Source: a virus
Lineage: Duplodnaviria; Caudoviricetes
Reading direction: 5' to 3' (one strand)
Length of the DNA stretch: 64,000 nucleotides
Virus record (IMG/VR): IMGVR_UViG_3300005844_000001
Span: 11,074-75,073 of that record
The notes under the pieces were generated by a model. It was not told where the DNA came from and searched no databases. It saw nothing but the letters and a program-made list of their open reading frames with translations. The position numbers and the translations under genes were made by a program. How positions within the stretch are numbered: the stretch's first letter is position 1; each line of letters starts with the position of its first letter. Shown here one piece after another: positions 1-9,916 of the stretch.

Positions 1-200
1 CGCGGAGCCCGAGACTTCCAGCTCAAGTTCCTTGCTGCAATTGGATTCTTAGACGCTCCAACAGACGCAGCGTGGCTAAAGAAGTGTCGGGAACTGAACA
101 TCGAACCAGACCAGGGAAAACTCGATGACCGAAAAGCACGATAAAGATTGCGAGCTGGGAGATAACTACAAAGACTGTCCTGCTTGCCGAGAGAACAATT

Positions 201-446
201 ATGAGCAACGAAATTACAGAAGAGAAATACCGCAAGCTAAAACAAGAAGTAGAGAATACAAAAGCCGAAGCAGACCGGGCGCAAGGAGCCCTGGACCAGC
301 TGCTCACCCGGCTGAAGGAGGAGTTTGATTGCTCTAGCTTGAAGGAAGCAAAAGCCAAGCTGGCCGAGCTGGAAGCAAAGAAAAAGAAAGCGGAGTCCGT
401 GTTTGAAAAAGTGCTGGCCGACTACGAGGAGAAATGGAAGCAATGA
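201..446 (+). CDS. Small coiled-coil protein, probably part of a split SbcC/Rad50-like complex
   Basis: Heptad-rich E/K/A/L sequence; ATGA overlap with the next gene. Confidence 0.6.
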   Translation: MSNEITEEKYRKLKQEVENTKAEADRAQGALDQLLTRLKEEFDCSSLKEAKAKLAELEAKKKKAESVFEKVLADYEEKWKQ

Positions 447-1072
447 GACCCTGCCCGCCCGATAGAGACCCTATGTTTTGGAGGGAAGATGAGGAGAATA
501 GAATGACGGACCTTGCTGCCGAAGAAAAAGAAATAGTCGAGCTGGCGCTCCGTTTGTCTCATTTGAAAGGGGCGGTCGAGGACGAGACCGACGCGCTAAA
601 GAAAGCGGAGCGCACCTTGCAGCGCACGCAGGACGCCCAAGAGATACTTCAACTCATCGCCCAAGCCGTCCAGCAGCAAGCTCACGAAAAGATTTCTACT
701 GTAGTTACCAAATGCCTCGAGTCCGTCTTTGAAGACCCTTACGCTTTCAAAATAGAATTTGAACGTAAGCGGGGACGGACCGAGGCAACCTTACGCTTTA
801 TCCGGCGAGAGCTCGACGCGGACCCGCTAAGCTCGACTGGCGGTGGCGTGGTCGATATCGCTGCTTTCGCGTTGCGCGTCGCTTGCTTGATGCTCCATCG
901 CCCTCGCTTGAGCCGAGTCGTTATCCTAGACGAGCCGTTCAAGTTTGTCAGCGCTCAGTATCGGGAGAATGTGCGGACGATGCTGGAAGAGCTGGCTAAA
1001 GATTTGCAGATTCAAATTGTAATGGTTACTCATTCCGAAGAGTATGAAACCGGAAAGATAATCGAGTTATGA
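443..1072 (+). CDS. SbcC/Rad50 (T4 gp46-like) ABC-ATPase, C-terminal half
   Basis: Coiled coil, then signature-like STGGG, Walker B VVILDEPF and H-loop VTHSE; no Walker A. Start is 443 or 503. Confidence 0.85.
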   Translation: MRPCPPDRDPMFWREDEENRMTDLAAEEKEIVELALRLSHLKGAVEDETDALKKAERTLQRTQDAQEILQLIAQAVQQQAHEKISTVVTKCLESVFEDPYAFKIEFERKRGRTEATLRFIRRELDADPLSSTGGGVVDIAAFALRVACLMLHRPRLSRVVILDEPFKFVSAQYRENVRTMLEELAKDLQIQIVMVTHSEEYETGKIIEL

Positions 1073-1266
1073 AGCCGCTAGAAGACTTATCCCCAATGCC
1101 CTTCGGCAAACATAAGGGCGCTCCTATGCAAGACGTGCCAGCTTCTTACCTGCACTGGCTTTGGACCAACGGCCTGAGTAAAGATAAACAAAGCTCCGTC
1201 GCTGACTATATCCGGCGGAACTTGCACGCTTTGAAACAAGACCATCCAGACGGAATTTGGGATTGA
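1069..1266 (+). CDS. DUF3820-like small protein
   Basis: MPFGKHKG..MQDVPASYLHW motif; ATGA overlap. Confidence 0.8.
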   Translation: MKPLEDLSPMPFGKHKGAPMQDVPASYLHWLWTNGLSKDKQSSVADYIRRNLHALKQDHPDGIWD

Positions 1267-1396
1267 TTCGGTAGCCTCTCCCACTGCAAGCTTTGCAGTG
1301 GTGCCCGTTGACTAAACACGAAGCGTCAAAAGCTCTCCCCGTCCCGTAGCAGGCTGCACAAGGAGCCACCTTCTTGTTCTGAGACGTCCCTCTCAT
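1124..1396 (-). CDS. Small protein with DnaJ-type zinc-finger motifs
   Basis: Two CxxCxGxG motifs (CAACYGTG, CKACSGRG); 3' end overlaps the convergent gene. Confidence 0.45.
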   Translation of the reverse strand: MRGTSQNKKVAPCAACYGTGRAFDASCLVNGHHCKACSGRGYRINPKFRLDGLVSKRASSAGYSQRRSFVYLYSGRWSKASAGKKLARLA

Positions 1397-1441
1397 GCCC
1401 GCAAATTAGCAGACTGGGGACTATCTGCAAGAACTTTTTAG

Positions 1442-4400
1442 CTAGGCGGGGTAGGCGGGAATAGTTTGCTGAGCGGTAATATTGACGAAAGCTCCGTCTC
1501 CGTTCGCGTCGAATATGCTCACGCGCCAGTAGTATAGCGCGTGCGCTCCGGCCGAATCCAGCGGGAGGCAGACGATAGTAGACGTCGGAATCTCGCTGGA
1601 TTCCTCGTCAATCAAAGGAGTAACCGTCTCCGGGTCGAAGCTCTCCGTCTCTGACAGCCACAAAATCCAGCCGACCAGATTGCTTACAGAGGGGACTGTC
1701 CAGCTTAGGGTATAGCAGACTTGGTCACTCTCTTCGCTTTGGATAACAGCGCTGAGCGCAGTCGGCGGAGTCGGAACGATAGCGAGGCTGCTAATCTCCA
1801 GCGAGCTGTAAGCCCACTCTCCTTGCCCTTCGTTGACTCCGGCCACGCGCACGTAGAACGTCCCGAGCAGGACTTGCAGCTGAATAGACGTGCGCGTAAG
1901 GACTCCGCGCTCCTGCCAGTTCTCTCCGTCTTCGCTCGTCTGCACGATGTAATACTGAGCGCCATACGCTGGCGGCCAGAGCACTTGCACGAGCGACGCC
2001 ACGCCGCCGATTTGAGTAACCGTTACCGAGTCGACTGTTGGCAACGCCGGAACTTCTGGAGCCGCTGGCGGCAAGTTGAGCACCGGCGCTTCCAGAGAGT
2101 CGAAGGAATAAATCAAGTCATTGCTATTGGCGGCGGAGATTCTAATCCGCTCTCCACCGAGGGGTTCCACCCGAACCACGCGCCAGTAGCGAGTCACTTC
2201 GGCTACTGTGCCGAATACGAATAGCATCGGCTCAGTTTGCCCTCCGAGCAAGAAGTCTATAGCTGTTTCGTCCGACTGGATTTTTACCTGCTTCGGGTCG
2301 CTCGTCTCCCGTGCGATAAAGGGCCCAATTACCTCTCCGGCTCTCCCGCGCAACGCAATTTGATACTCGGCTGTCTCAGCGAAGTCCAGCGGCTCCGATA
2401 CATACAAGTTATACCAGTTGTCGCCCATGTGAACTGCGTTGACGATATATCCAGCCTGCGCCCAATTCGGCACGTCATGGGCGAAAGCAAACAAGTCTCC
2501 GTAAGAAAGAATATGGCCTTCCAATCCAGTCTCAAACGTGATATTGTCCCGAAGGTATTTGTCTACAGCCAGCAAGTAAAGCGCCTCACGGTAAGCACGA
2601 GTCCGGTCCTGGCACCCGATAAACCGGATATTTTGCGGGCGGTCTGTAGAGCCTCCCGGCAACGTGGCGTGAACTTGTTCCTGCTTGTAGCCGGTATCGG
2701 GGTCCGTATATTCCATCAGGATGGAATCAAACTCGCCCAAGTCCCAAAGCTTTATCGACCAATCAAAACTGTCCTTGATGATATTGTCGGGAGTAAATAA
2801 CGTGACTGGAATCTCTGCTGCAGCGTCCCGCTTCATCGAGATAAGCGAGCCGACGAGCATCGGCACAGCTCGGCCAACTCTAGCTACCGCCCGAGCTGCT
2901 TCCCATACTGTAATAGCGTCTCGAAAAGTAAAGTCAAAGTAGTCTCCACGGTCGCTATAAATAGCGTCCAGCGCTTCCAGCGCATCCCAGTCAAAGAACA
3001 CGTCGTCAGTAATCCGAGCGCCGTAAGTACTCCAGAAGATATCAACGAAAGCCCACACAATACTCCGCGTAGCTACCGGAAGGATAATCGTCATCCCGTC
3101 AGAATCCCTACTAATAAGGAGCTTGCGCGTGCAAAGGACGTTGAGTTGCTTTTGGCTTTGAGAATTAAGGTTGTTCGTTGCGCGAATGATTACTGCGAGC
3201 ATCGTCACCGCTCCGAACACCGGGTCTTCGTTCAAGTAAGTCCGCATCCCCGCCCACTCGGCTTCGTGCCCCGAGCGGTAAGAGTCATCGAACGTATCCG
3301 TCCGCCGCATCCGCACTTCGTAGCGAGCTGCCGTAACGCTGGTCCGGTAAGTCTTGCGCTGTGGCGTCGTGGTTGTCCCGGTAATCGTCAGCGCCGTAGT
3401 GGAAGTGGAAATCGTAGTAACAGTCTTGGTTACTCCTTCCCGGTCGGTCGGGTCGTTATCTCCAGCGTCGCTATAGACGGTAGTCACTGTCCCTTCTGGC
3501 GGGTCGCCTCCAACCCACGGAACGTAAGTAGTGGAAGTATGAGCCCAAACCCAGGTAATCGACGGAGCCCCGCGCCAGATAAGCGAGCGAGAAGTAGCGG
3601 TATAAACTTCCACTTGCTTGCCGATAAAGATATCTGCCCAAGCTCCGACCGGGTCGCCAGCGTCGTCGATGGTCCGCGCTTGCACTTGAATAGTAATGGA
3701 ACGCGGAGACAAGCTGCCGTCGTCGTTGGCGTGGTAGAGTCCTTTAGGGAATAGCAAGTCTACTTGCAGCTGCACAGCTTCTGTATTTGCGGGGTTAGCC
3801 ACGAACGGACCAATCCAACCATCTGGCAGAGGGTAGTCCTCTTGAGTAGCCGCAAGAACTTTCTGGCCGCCGGCTTCTGCTGAAGTATAGACGTTGGTCG
3901 GGAAGATAGTCACCTGCCCCGCTGGAGGGATAACTTCATACTGCACTTCCTGAAAGTTAGAGAGTAGCGTATCTCCGATTTTTATTTCCTCTATTTCATA
4001 CTCCCCTTGCCCCAGACAGAACAAGCTAAACTGGTATTGGTCATTGTCGCGGTATTCGTAGTAGGGCCGCGCCGCGTAGGAAGGGTAGACTCGATTTCTC
4101 CCATAGTTGCATTCAATCGGCTCGGCCAGCCGGATGGAATTCGCCTGCCCCTTGATGGTATAAACGGGGTCGCTGGCCGGAGCTTCTCCAGGAGTCGTCG
4201 GGGTCGGCGTCGACATCAGCAGCGTGACTCCGAGCATTACGATGGTAATGACGATGGAGATAATGGCTATCCAGGTGGCGGGGCATCCAGGCAACGTAAG
4301 GAAGTTAACCACGTCGTCCGGCTTGAGCAGGTAATCCCAGCCGGCTCGCAGCAACGGGTCTCCGTTGACGACACAAATAGTCGGGTGGTCAAAGTCCGGA

Positions 4401-4510
4401 GCTCTCAAGAAAGACTTCACCCACTCGCGGACAGATATCCCCGCTTCCACTATATGCTTCTCGGACTTCGCTGGCTCAAAAGCGTTCGGCGTATAGATTA
4501 CGTAGGCCAT
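1442..4510 (-). CDS. Tail tip / host-specificity protein (lambda gpJ-like, with fused gpI-like N-terminus and C-terminal Fn3-like domains)
   Basis: IECNYGRNRVYP, LCLGQGEYEIEEIKIGDT, YEVRMRR motifs; follows the L- and K-like genes; start at MAYVIY. Confidence 0.9.
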   Translation of the reverse strand: MAYVIYTPNAFEPAKSEKHIVEAGISVREWVKSFLRAPDFDHPTICVVNGDPLLRAGWDYLLKPDDVVNFLTLPGCPATWIAIISIVITIVMLGVTLLMSTPTPTTPGEAPASDPVYTIKGQANSIRLAEPIECNYGRNRVYPSYAARPYYEYRDNDQYQFSLFCLGQGEYEIEEIKIGDTLLSNFQEVQYEVIPPAGQVTIFPTNVYTSAEAGGQKVLAATQEDYPLPDGWIGPFVANPANTEAVQLQVDLLFPKGLYHANDDGSLSPRSITIQVQARTIDDAGDPVGAWADIFIGKQVEVYTATSRSLIWRGAPSITWVWAHTSTTYVPWVGGDPPEGTVTTVYSDAGDNDPTDREGVTKTVTTISTSTTALTITGTTTTPQRKTYRTSVTAARYEVRMRRTDTFDDSYRSGHEAEWAGMRTYLNEDPVFGAVTMLAVIIRATNNLNSQSQKQLNVLCTRKLLISRDSDGMTIILPVATRSIVWAFVDIFWSTYGARITDDVFFDWDALEALDAIYSDRGDYFDFTFRDAITVWEAARAVARVGRAVPMLVGSLISMKRDAAAEIPVTLFTPDNIIKDSFDWSIKLWDLGEFDSILMEYTDPDTGYKQEQVHATLPGGSTDRPQNIRFIGCQDRTRAYREALYLLAVDKYLRDNITFETGLEGHILSYGDLFAFAHDVPNWAQAGYIVNAVHMGDNWYNLYVSEPLDFAETAEYQIALRGRAGEVIGPFIARETSDPKQVKIQSDETAIDFLLGGQTEPMLFVFGTVAEVTRYWRVVRVEPLGGERIRISAANSNDLIYSFDSLEAPVLNLPPAAPEVPALPTVDSVTVTQIGGVASLVQVLWPPAYGAQYYIVQTSEDGENWQERGVLTRTSIQLQVLLGTFYVRVAGVNEGQGEWAYSSLEISSLAIVPTPPTALSAVIQSEESDQVCYTLSWTVPSVSNLVGWILWLSETESFDPETVTPLIDEESSEIPTSTIVCLPLDSAGAHALYYWRVSIFDANGDGAFVNITAQQTIPAYPA

Positions 4511-4944
4511 AATTTGTGACGGTAGAATTTGATAACAAAGAACCCCTTCGGCCAAAGCCAATTCAAGGAGACTGCCTCGACATTTTGCGGCTGCAAACAA
4601 TGAACGATTTTGCCACCGTCAGCTACTGCCCAAATACCGACGTGGTGCAGGATGGTATTCTTGCTCATCGCTACTCCGCACCCGTCAATCGGCTTGGCAA
4701 TCTCGGTCCACGAGGCGCTTTCCTGCTCAACGATTTCCCGGAGCATCTTAGCAGCCGGCTTCGTATTCCATGGAAGCCCCGGAACTTCCGGCAGCTCGAT
4801 ACCGAATTCCTCTTTGTAGACGAGTCGCAAGAGTCCCCAGCAATCCACGCCTTGCTTGTCTCGACCGCCCGCTACCCAAGGAATCGACAAATACTTGTAA
4901 ATCCAATGTAACTTGTTCTTTATCAATATGTTGCTTTGACTCAT
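4498..4944 (-). CDS. NlpC/P60-family tail assembly protein (gpK-like)
   Basis: PWVAGGRDKQGVDCWGL and HHVGI catalytic Cys/His motifs. Confidence 0.9.
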   Translation of the reverse strand: MSQSNILIKNKLHWIYKYLSIPWVAGGRDKQGVDCWGLLRLVYKEEFGIELPEVPGLPWNTKPAAKMLREIVEQESASWTEIAKPIDGCGVAMSKNTILHHVGIWAVADGGKIVHCLQPQNVEAVSLNWLWPKGFFVIKFYRHKLWPT

Positions 4945-5068
4945 ACGCTAAAACGCAAGGAATTGAGATTTGCGCTCGCCCGGGAGCTTCGCTAGAGATT
5001 CTTCAACCGAACGCTTGAAAATCGCTCCTAGCGCAAAATCCGTTCGAAATTCGCTTAGATTCATACGC

Positions 5069-5572
5069 TTATCCCAAGCTCGGAAAGCGGTCCCGCGTAT
5101 AGAGCTCCGAGGGGAACTTCTTATTCACTACGTCCATAAACGTCGCTTTCCCCGTTACTTGCAATGTGCTAATTCGGATATCTTTCAGGTAGAGAATCAG
5201 TGGCGGTATCATTTGCGGTCGTGACAAGTCGTCGCTCAAGAAAGGACGATAGACAACTTCCACCGGGACTTGCTCCGACTTGGCAGTCTCTACGAAGTCT
5301 TTCACGCGCCGGCCTACATTGTCGATGGAAATATTGAGGCTCTGGAATCCTTGGTCGTCGGTCGGCGGCAAAGTAAATTGGAATCCGACGGGCTCAAACT
5401 CGCGCACGTTTCCGTCTTCGTCCGTTGCCGTAATAGCTTGATGACTACGGACAATAAAAACAGAGTCCTGCACTCCAGGCTGGCGTATCTCCAACGTATC
5501 GTAAATCACTACGCTCGAAGGGCAGGAAGCGAAAGCTTCCTTGATGGCATCTTGTAGAGAAGTGTTAGGCAT
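5069..5572 (-). CDS. DUF1833-like minor tail protein (gpL position)
   Basis: AIKEAFASCP..TLEI..FQFTLP..ISIDNV..FPSELYT..FPSL pattern; position. Confidence 0.85.
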   Translation of the reverse strand: MPNTSLQDAIKEAFASCPSSVVIYDTLEIRQPGVQDSVFIVRSHQAITATDEDGNVREFEPVGFQFTLPPTDDQGFQSLNISIDNVGRRVKDFVETAKSEQVPVEVVYRPFLSDDLSRPQMIPPLILYLKDIRISTLQVTGKATFMDVVNKKFPSELYTRDRFPSLG

Positions 5573-5573
5573 G

Positions 5574-7280
5574 TTATGGAAGAGCTGAGAGGCGGAAGAA
5601 AGCATCCAAGTCCCCGTCAGCCGAAGTAGGGTCTACGGCTGCGTCCATCGCTTCGTCTACTGCCGCGTTGACAGCATCCGCTGTAGCGCCAGGTCCGCTG
5701 GTGTCGGGAGCTTCAATGATTATCGTCTCTCCGCCATACGTTATTTCCACCGTTCCGTTCATCGGTGGAATATCCCGCAAGACTAAAGCAGAACTGAAAA
5801 TTGTATAACAGTATATCGTCGCCACTGATTCATAAATCGTATAACCGCCTCCCCAGTCGTCGTAGGGCGTAGTGCCGTGGTCCGGCTCCGGAACGCCGGG
5901 AGTAGTCACCGAGCTGCCCCGTTTGTAGCTGCTAAGCGGCACGCAATTTCCAGCGTCTTTAGCCGCTTGCGCTATGGCGAGGAGCGGGGCGATAGAACCC
6001 GGATAGCCTAAAGTTTGGCACGAGTCTCCGGCGTAAGTTGTAGTTTCCACAACATGGTAGCCCAGCGGAGACCCATCAGCTACGGGGAAACGGTGGAAGT
6101 CCGGCCCGCGGCACCCGCCTACAGAAACGGCGGCAGTCCCGAATATCATTCCGCTTTCTATCAAATCCCACGTCCGGTCCAGCGCGATAACGAGGGGCGG
6201 CGACATGCAACCGGTTCCGGTATCAATCGCTGCCGCTCGGTAGACTCCAGAGAAGCTTTCTTCCGAAGGGTCTTGCGGCGTGGTCGGGCTGTCCGCGGTC
6301 GGAGTCGAGTTGTCGCTGGTGACTCTTAATTCCGTGCCGGGCGGCAAGTTAAAAGTCGGCGCTCCTACTCCCGACGCTTCGACGTTCATATCGTATCGCT
6401 CGCCAACCAACAAGTAACTCCCTTCGGGAACAAGCAACGGAGCGTCAGTATGAGTCAACAAGCCCGGCGTCCCGCGGGTAGATACTGAAGCCCCGCTAAA
6501 AGAAGCAACGGTCGGAGCAGCGATATCCGGAGTGGCTACGGCAACCGCATCGGAATCTAGGCTAGTGAAGTCCCCGACTACCCGGTGGGCCCTTATGTTC
6601 CGCCCGCCGTAATCGTTTTCCAAAGTAACCGAATCGACCACCGCTAAATCTTCCGGCTCCAGCAGGAGGAGCGTTTCATAGATGCCCGAGCCGGGCGCCG
6701 TCTCCACTTCTATTTCCAAAGAATCCCCGGGACTCACGTCTCCCCACGCCAGCGTAAGCGTTCGGTTGCACTCGCCCATCGTTAAGTCCAGCACCGGAAT
6801 AAAAGGAATGTGGCCCGTCCCCTCCCAAGGCAAGTCGGAGTCTGCTCCCACCCAAGGAGCAAAGCTGCCCGCCCAGAAACCGGGGTTGAGAATCAGCCTG
6901 GTGGATATATCGCTCGCCAGTACAGTCGCCGTTACTTCAAACTCGTTGTCCCGTCGGCTAAATAAATACTGGCTGTCGAGGAACGCATACTCGCGGATTA
7001 CTTCTGTCAGCAAGCCGGGGTTGACGTTCGGTGTATACGTAGTGGCCTCAAAGGGTAGCGAGCCGTTTTCCAAATCCGTGTGGACATACTCTTCGAAGAT
7101 TTCAAACTGGTCCAAGATAAACGTCCAAGTGACGTCAATCGTCTCTAGCGGGACCAGATATTTGCGACGGTTGCGGAGCCGGCCGGTCTCCATCTGCACG
7201 GCTTCAGAGCGCGGAGCAAACTTGGGCTGCCTGTTAATCCGGAAAACAGGCAGCGTCGAAGGCCAAACAGAAACGCTCAT
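5574..7280 (-). CDS. Minor tail protein: gpM-like N-terminal domain plus ~430 aa acidic, beta-rich extension
   Basis: WPSTLP..METGRLRNRR..VTWTF..QFEIFE..LENGSLPF resembles the 15622-16110 product. Confidence 0.7.
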   Translation of the reverse strand: MSVSVWPSTLPVFRINRQPKFAPRSEAVQMETGRLRNRRKYLVPLETIDVTWTFILDQFEIFEEYVHTDLENGSLPFEATTYTPNVNPGLLTEVIREYAFLDSQYLFSRRDNEFEVTATVLASDISTRLILNPGFWAGSFAPWVGADSDLPWEGTGHIPFIPVLDLTMGECNRTLTLAWGDVSPGDSLEIEVETAPGSGIYETLLLLEPEDLAVVDSVTLENDYGGRNIRAHRVVGDFTSLDSDAVAVATPDIAAPTVASFSGASVSTRGTPGLLTHTDAPLLVPEGSYLLVGERYDMNVEASGVGAPTFNLPPGTELRVTSDNSTPTADSPTTPQDPSEESFSGVYRAAAIDTGTGCMSPPLVIALDRTWDLIESGMIFGTAAVSVGGCRGPDFHRFPVADGSPLGYHVVETTTYAGDSCQTLGYPGSIAPLLAIAQAAKDAGNCVPLSSYKRGSSVTTPGVPEPDHGTTPYDDWGGGYTIYESVATIYCYTIFSSALVLRDIPPMNGTVEITYGGETIIIEAPDTSGPGATADAVNAAVDEAMDAAVDPTSADGDLDAFFRLSALP

Positions 7281-7322
7281 TCCACGAATCTAAATCATCT
7301 GATTGACGATACAAGCAAGAAA

Positions 7323-7946
7323 CTAGGCAGCCTTCTTTCTCTTGTCGGCCATCTGCGTGGCGTGCGCTGCCCACCATGCCGCCGCTACCAGCTTGCGAGC
7401 CGCGCGAGTGCGGATAAGGTAGTCAGTCCGATGCTGACGCTTTAGTTCGGGAGTAAGGCGATACCGGCCGACTCGTCGTTGAGCAAGACAAAGAGCGGAG
7501 CAAGTCGTTCGGCCTTTAGTGCACTGATTGCCGCATACGACGCACAAGCGCAGCTTTACAATGCGCTTAGCTCGTGGAGTCTCTGTAATCCGTTCGGCCT
7601 TGAGCTTGGGCGCGACGGAAGGTAGCTTCGGCGCTGGCTCTTCGTATTTGCGTTCCGGACGGAGATAGGACTTGGGCGTAAGCAAATGAGCTACTCGGTC
7701 GAAAGCCGCGTTGAGATTCTGCGCTTGTTCTATATTGCCGCCCTTGTCGGGATGGTCAGTCTTTATCCGGCTCCACCAAACCGAACGGCAATCGCGCAGC
7801 ACCCAACTTCTTTCTTCCGCGTCCAGGCGGGAAAGCTCCAAACGGTTTCGCTTTATACCGAATAGAGCGAGCAACGAAACCAACGTCATCCGGTCGATAG
7901 TAGACTTCGGCCGGATAGCTAAGCGCCGGGGAGCAGTAAGCGTCAC
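7323..7946 (-). CDS. J-domain (HPD) protein with C-terminal Cys4 zinc finger
   Basis: IKTDHPDKGGNIEQAQNLNAAFD; CVVC..TTCSALC. Confidence 0.6.
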   Translation of the reverse strand: MTLTAPRRLAIRPKSTIDRMTLVSLLALFGIKRNRLELSRLDAEERSWVLRDCRSVWWSRIKTDHPDKGGNIEQAQNLNAAFDRVAHLLTPKSYLRPERKYEEPAPKLPSVAPKLKAERITETPRAKRIVKLRLCVVCGNQCTKGRTTCSALCLAQRRVGRYRLTPELKRQHRTDYLIRTRAARKLVAAAWWAAHATQMADKRKKAA

Positions 7947-9622
7947 AGCTTTTGCGTCTCTACAATCAGAGACTTGATAAAGCCTAACGTCTGCTTGGTT
8001 TGCGGGTCCGTTGTTGCGTTCTGGGCTGCGGTAATTTGAGCGCTGAGCACTTCCAGCGGAGTCTGCGTATTCGGCACAGGCGGAGGCGGAGGAGGCGGAA
8101 GCGGAGCAGCGGCAGTTCGTATCAAAACAAAAGCGCCAAAGTCGGGGAACGTGCTGGGCACAGGCGTAGCCGCGGCACCGTAAGGAATCGAAGTCGGATG
8201 CCCAAACATATTGAGAGCTATCGTTCCGTCAGCTTGCACCGTAGCCGAGCTCACGTCTGAGTAATAGTTCTGGGCGTTACGGATATTCACAACGGTTCCG
8301 GGGAGCCAGCCGAGCGAAGCTACGTTGACAGCTAGCGCTGAAGCTTTGCTCCAGTTGTAAATACAAACATGGGCTCGATTAGCGTCATAAGCATTATTCT
8401 GCACGACGATTTTGGGGCTTGTTGGAGCAGCGCCCACCGTCGAATTCAAATCGTAGCCCGTCTTCGTGCGCCAGGCAGCTAGCGACACCGAACCAGAGCC
8501 CATATCGAACACGGGTGCAGTGGGCGAAGAGAAGACGTAATTATTCCGGTCAAAGCTCCAGGGGATTACTACGCCGTTATTGAGAACAAGCGATACGTTC
8601 CCGTAAGTAACGTCTGCTTCGTCAATCAGAGTGTTGCCGGTAAAAGTAAGAGTTTTCCAGCTACCCAACCCTACTTTGCATTTTACCAAGTAGTTGTTCG
8701 TCACCACCAGGTCTCGATAGGCGTTGGGGTCGGGCTGATAAACGGTATTAAGGTCTGCTCCGTAAAAGCAGTTGTTGGTAATTTGGTTATCGACGACACG
8801 GTCAGCCACCCCGCCAGTGCGAGTCCCAATAAGGACTTCTCCGCGCTGGCCTTGCAGTCCCACGGCAAAGTTTTCATCGAAGCGGAAGTGCGAGCATTCG
8901 GCGATAGAGCTTCCATACATTTGAGCGTTCCGGTCGAAAGGAGAAACGAGCAAGTTGCGCTTGATTATTTTATAGCCGGACCACGTAGCTCCGTGCTGGA
9001 GATACAAATTGTGCCCGTGCTGGTGCGTGCTTCCCTGCCAGCCGTTATTGTAAATCAAACACCCGTAAATTTCAGCTTGCTTGCTCTGCGTCCAGGCGGA
9101 GATTCCCGTGCTCAAGTCGTGCACGACGCAGTTCAGGATTTTTACCCCGCTGCCGTAGATGTTAATTCCGTCGCTGCGGGTAAGGTCGAGTGGGAAACTC
9201 GTATCGTCGGTGGACTGCCGTTTCTCCAAAGAGCTGGAGAATACTTCCAAGTCTTGCAGCGTGACAAAGTTCCCCAGGCTGGCGTCGCTCGGGTCTCCGA
9301 CCTTAATAGTCGGCCGCGCCATAGCGTGATAGCTAAGAGCTCCGCCGCTAAACGCTCCGCCGTCTATCCGAGCCTGTTCGCCCGGATAGCCGCGGAACGT
9401 GATGGGAGCGCCGGAAGAGCCGGACACACTGACGCGGAAAATATAACCCTCGTAATTCAAAGCGACGGCTTGCGGCGTATGAACGTAGACTCCGCCCCGC
9501 AACCAAACCAAATCCCCGGGCTGAACCAGCGGGCTATCGAAAGCCGTCTGCAAGTCCAGCGGGGAACTTATCAAGCCAGAGCCATTGGGAGAGCCATTCG
9601 GAGAAACGTAGAGGGTTTTCAT
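7943..9622 (-). CDS. Right-handed beta-helix (pectin-lyase-like) protein, possible depolymerase
   Basis: YVSPNGS..PGDLVWLRGGVY..PITFRGYPGEQARIDG; Asn-ladder repeats; poly-Pro linker near the C-terminus. Confidence 0.8.
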   Translation of the reverse strand: MKTLYVSPNGSPNGSGLISSPLDLQTAFDSPLVQPGDLVWLRGGVYVHTPQAVALNYEGYIFRVSVSGSSGAPITFRGYPGEQARIDGGAFSGGALSYHAMARPTIKVGDPSDASLGNFVTLQDLEVFSSSLEKRQSTDDTSFPLDLTRSDGINIYGSGVKILNCVVHDLSTGISAWTQSKQAEIYGCLIYNNGWQGSTHQHGHNLYLQHGATWSGYKIIKRNLLVSPFDRNAQMYGSSIAECSHFRFDENFAVGLQGQRGEVLIGTRTGGVADRVVDNQITNNCFYGADLNTVYQPDPNAYRDLVVTNNYLVKCKVGLGSWKTLTFTGNTLIDEADVTYGNVSLVLNNGVVIPWSFDRNNYVFSSPTAPVFDMGSGSVSLAAWRTKTGYDLNSTVGAAPTSPKIVVQNNAYDANRAHVCIYNWSKASALAVNVASLGWLPGTVVNIRNAQNYYSDVSSATVQADGTIALNMFGHPTSIPYGAAATPVPSTFPDFGAFVLIRTAAAPLPPPPPPPVPNTQTPLEVLSAQITAAQNATTDPQTKQTLGFIKSLIVETQKL

Positions 9623-9630
9623 TTAGAGGA

Positions 9631-9661
9631 CTGGCCGGGAGTCTTTCAGTATCCCGGCCAG
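9631..9661. other. GC-rich hairpin just upstream of the beta-helix gene
   Basis: CTGGCCGGGA / TCCCGGCCAG perfect 10-bp inverted repeat. Confidence 0.6.
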
Positions 9662-9726
9662 CATAACCTGCGGCGGAATTAGCATTTAATCTTTTTCATT
9701 TTGGTGCGCCACAGGGTGGAGGAGGG

Positions 9727-9915
9727 TTATGAAATAATACCACGCTGAGCGTCAGTCTTCGCGTATTCCTGTTCCCAAATACCTTTGACGCGATTGCGCT
9801 CAGCTTGAGCTTCTTCAGCTGTCATCTCGCCCTTTGCTTCTGCACTCTTGGTAATCGATATCCACAACTGAACCAAGTGAGTAATGGCAGAGATTATCCA
9901 TTCATAGTTTTTCAT
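9727..9915 (-). CDS. Hypothetical protein
   Basis: ATG starts 1 nt after the upstream stop; amphipathic N-terminus. Confidence 0.6.
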   Translation of the reverse strand: MKNYEWIISAITHLVQLWISITKSAEAKGEMTAEEAQAERNRVKGIWEQEYAKTDAQRGIIS

Positions 9916-9916
9916 A

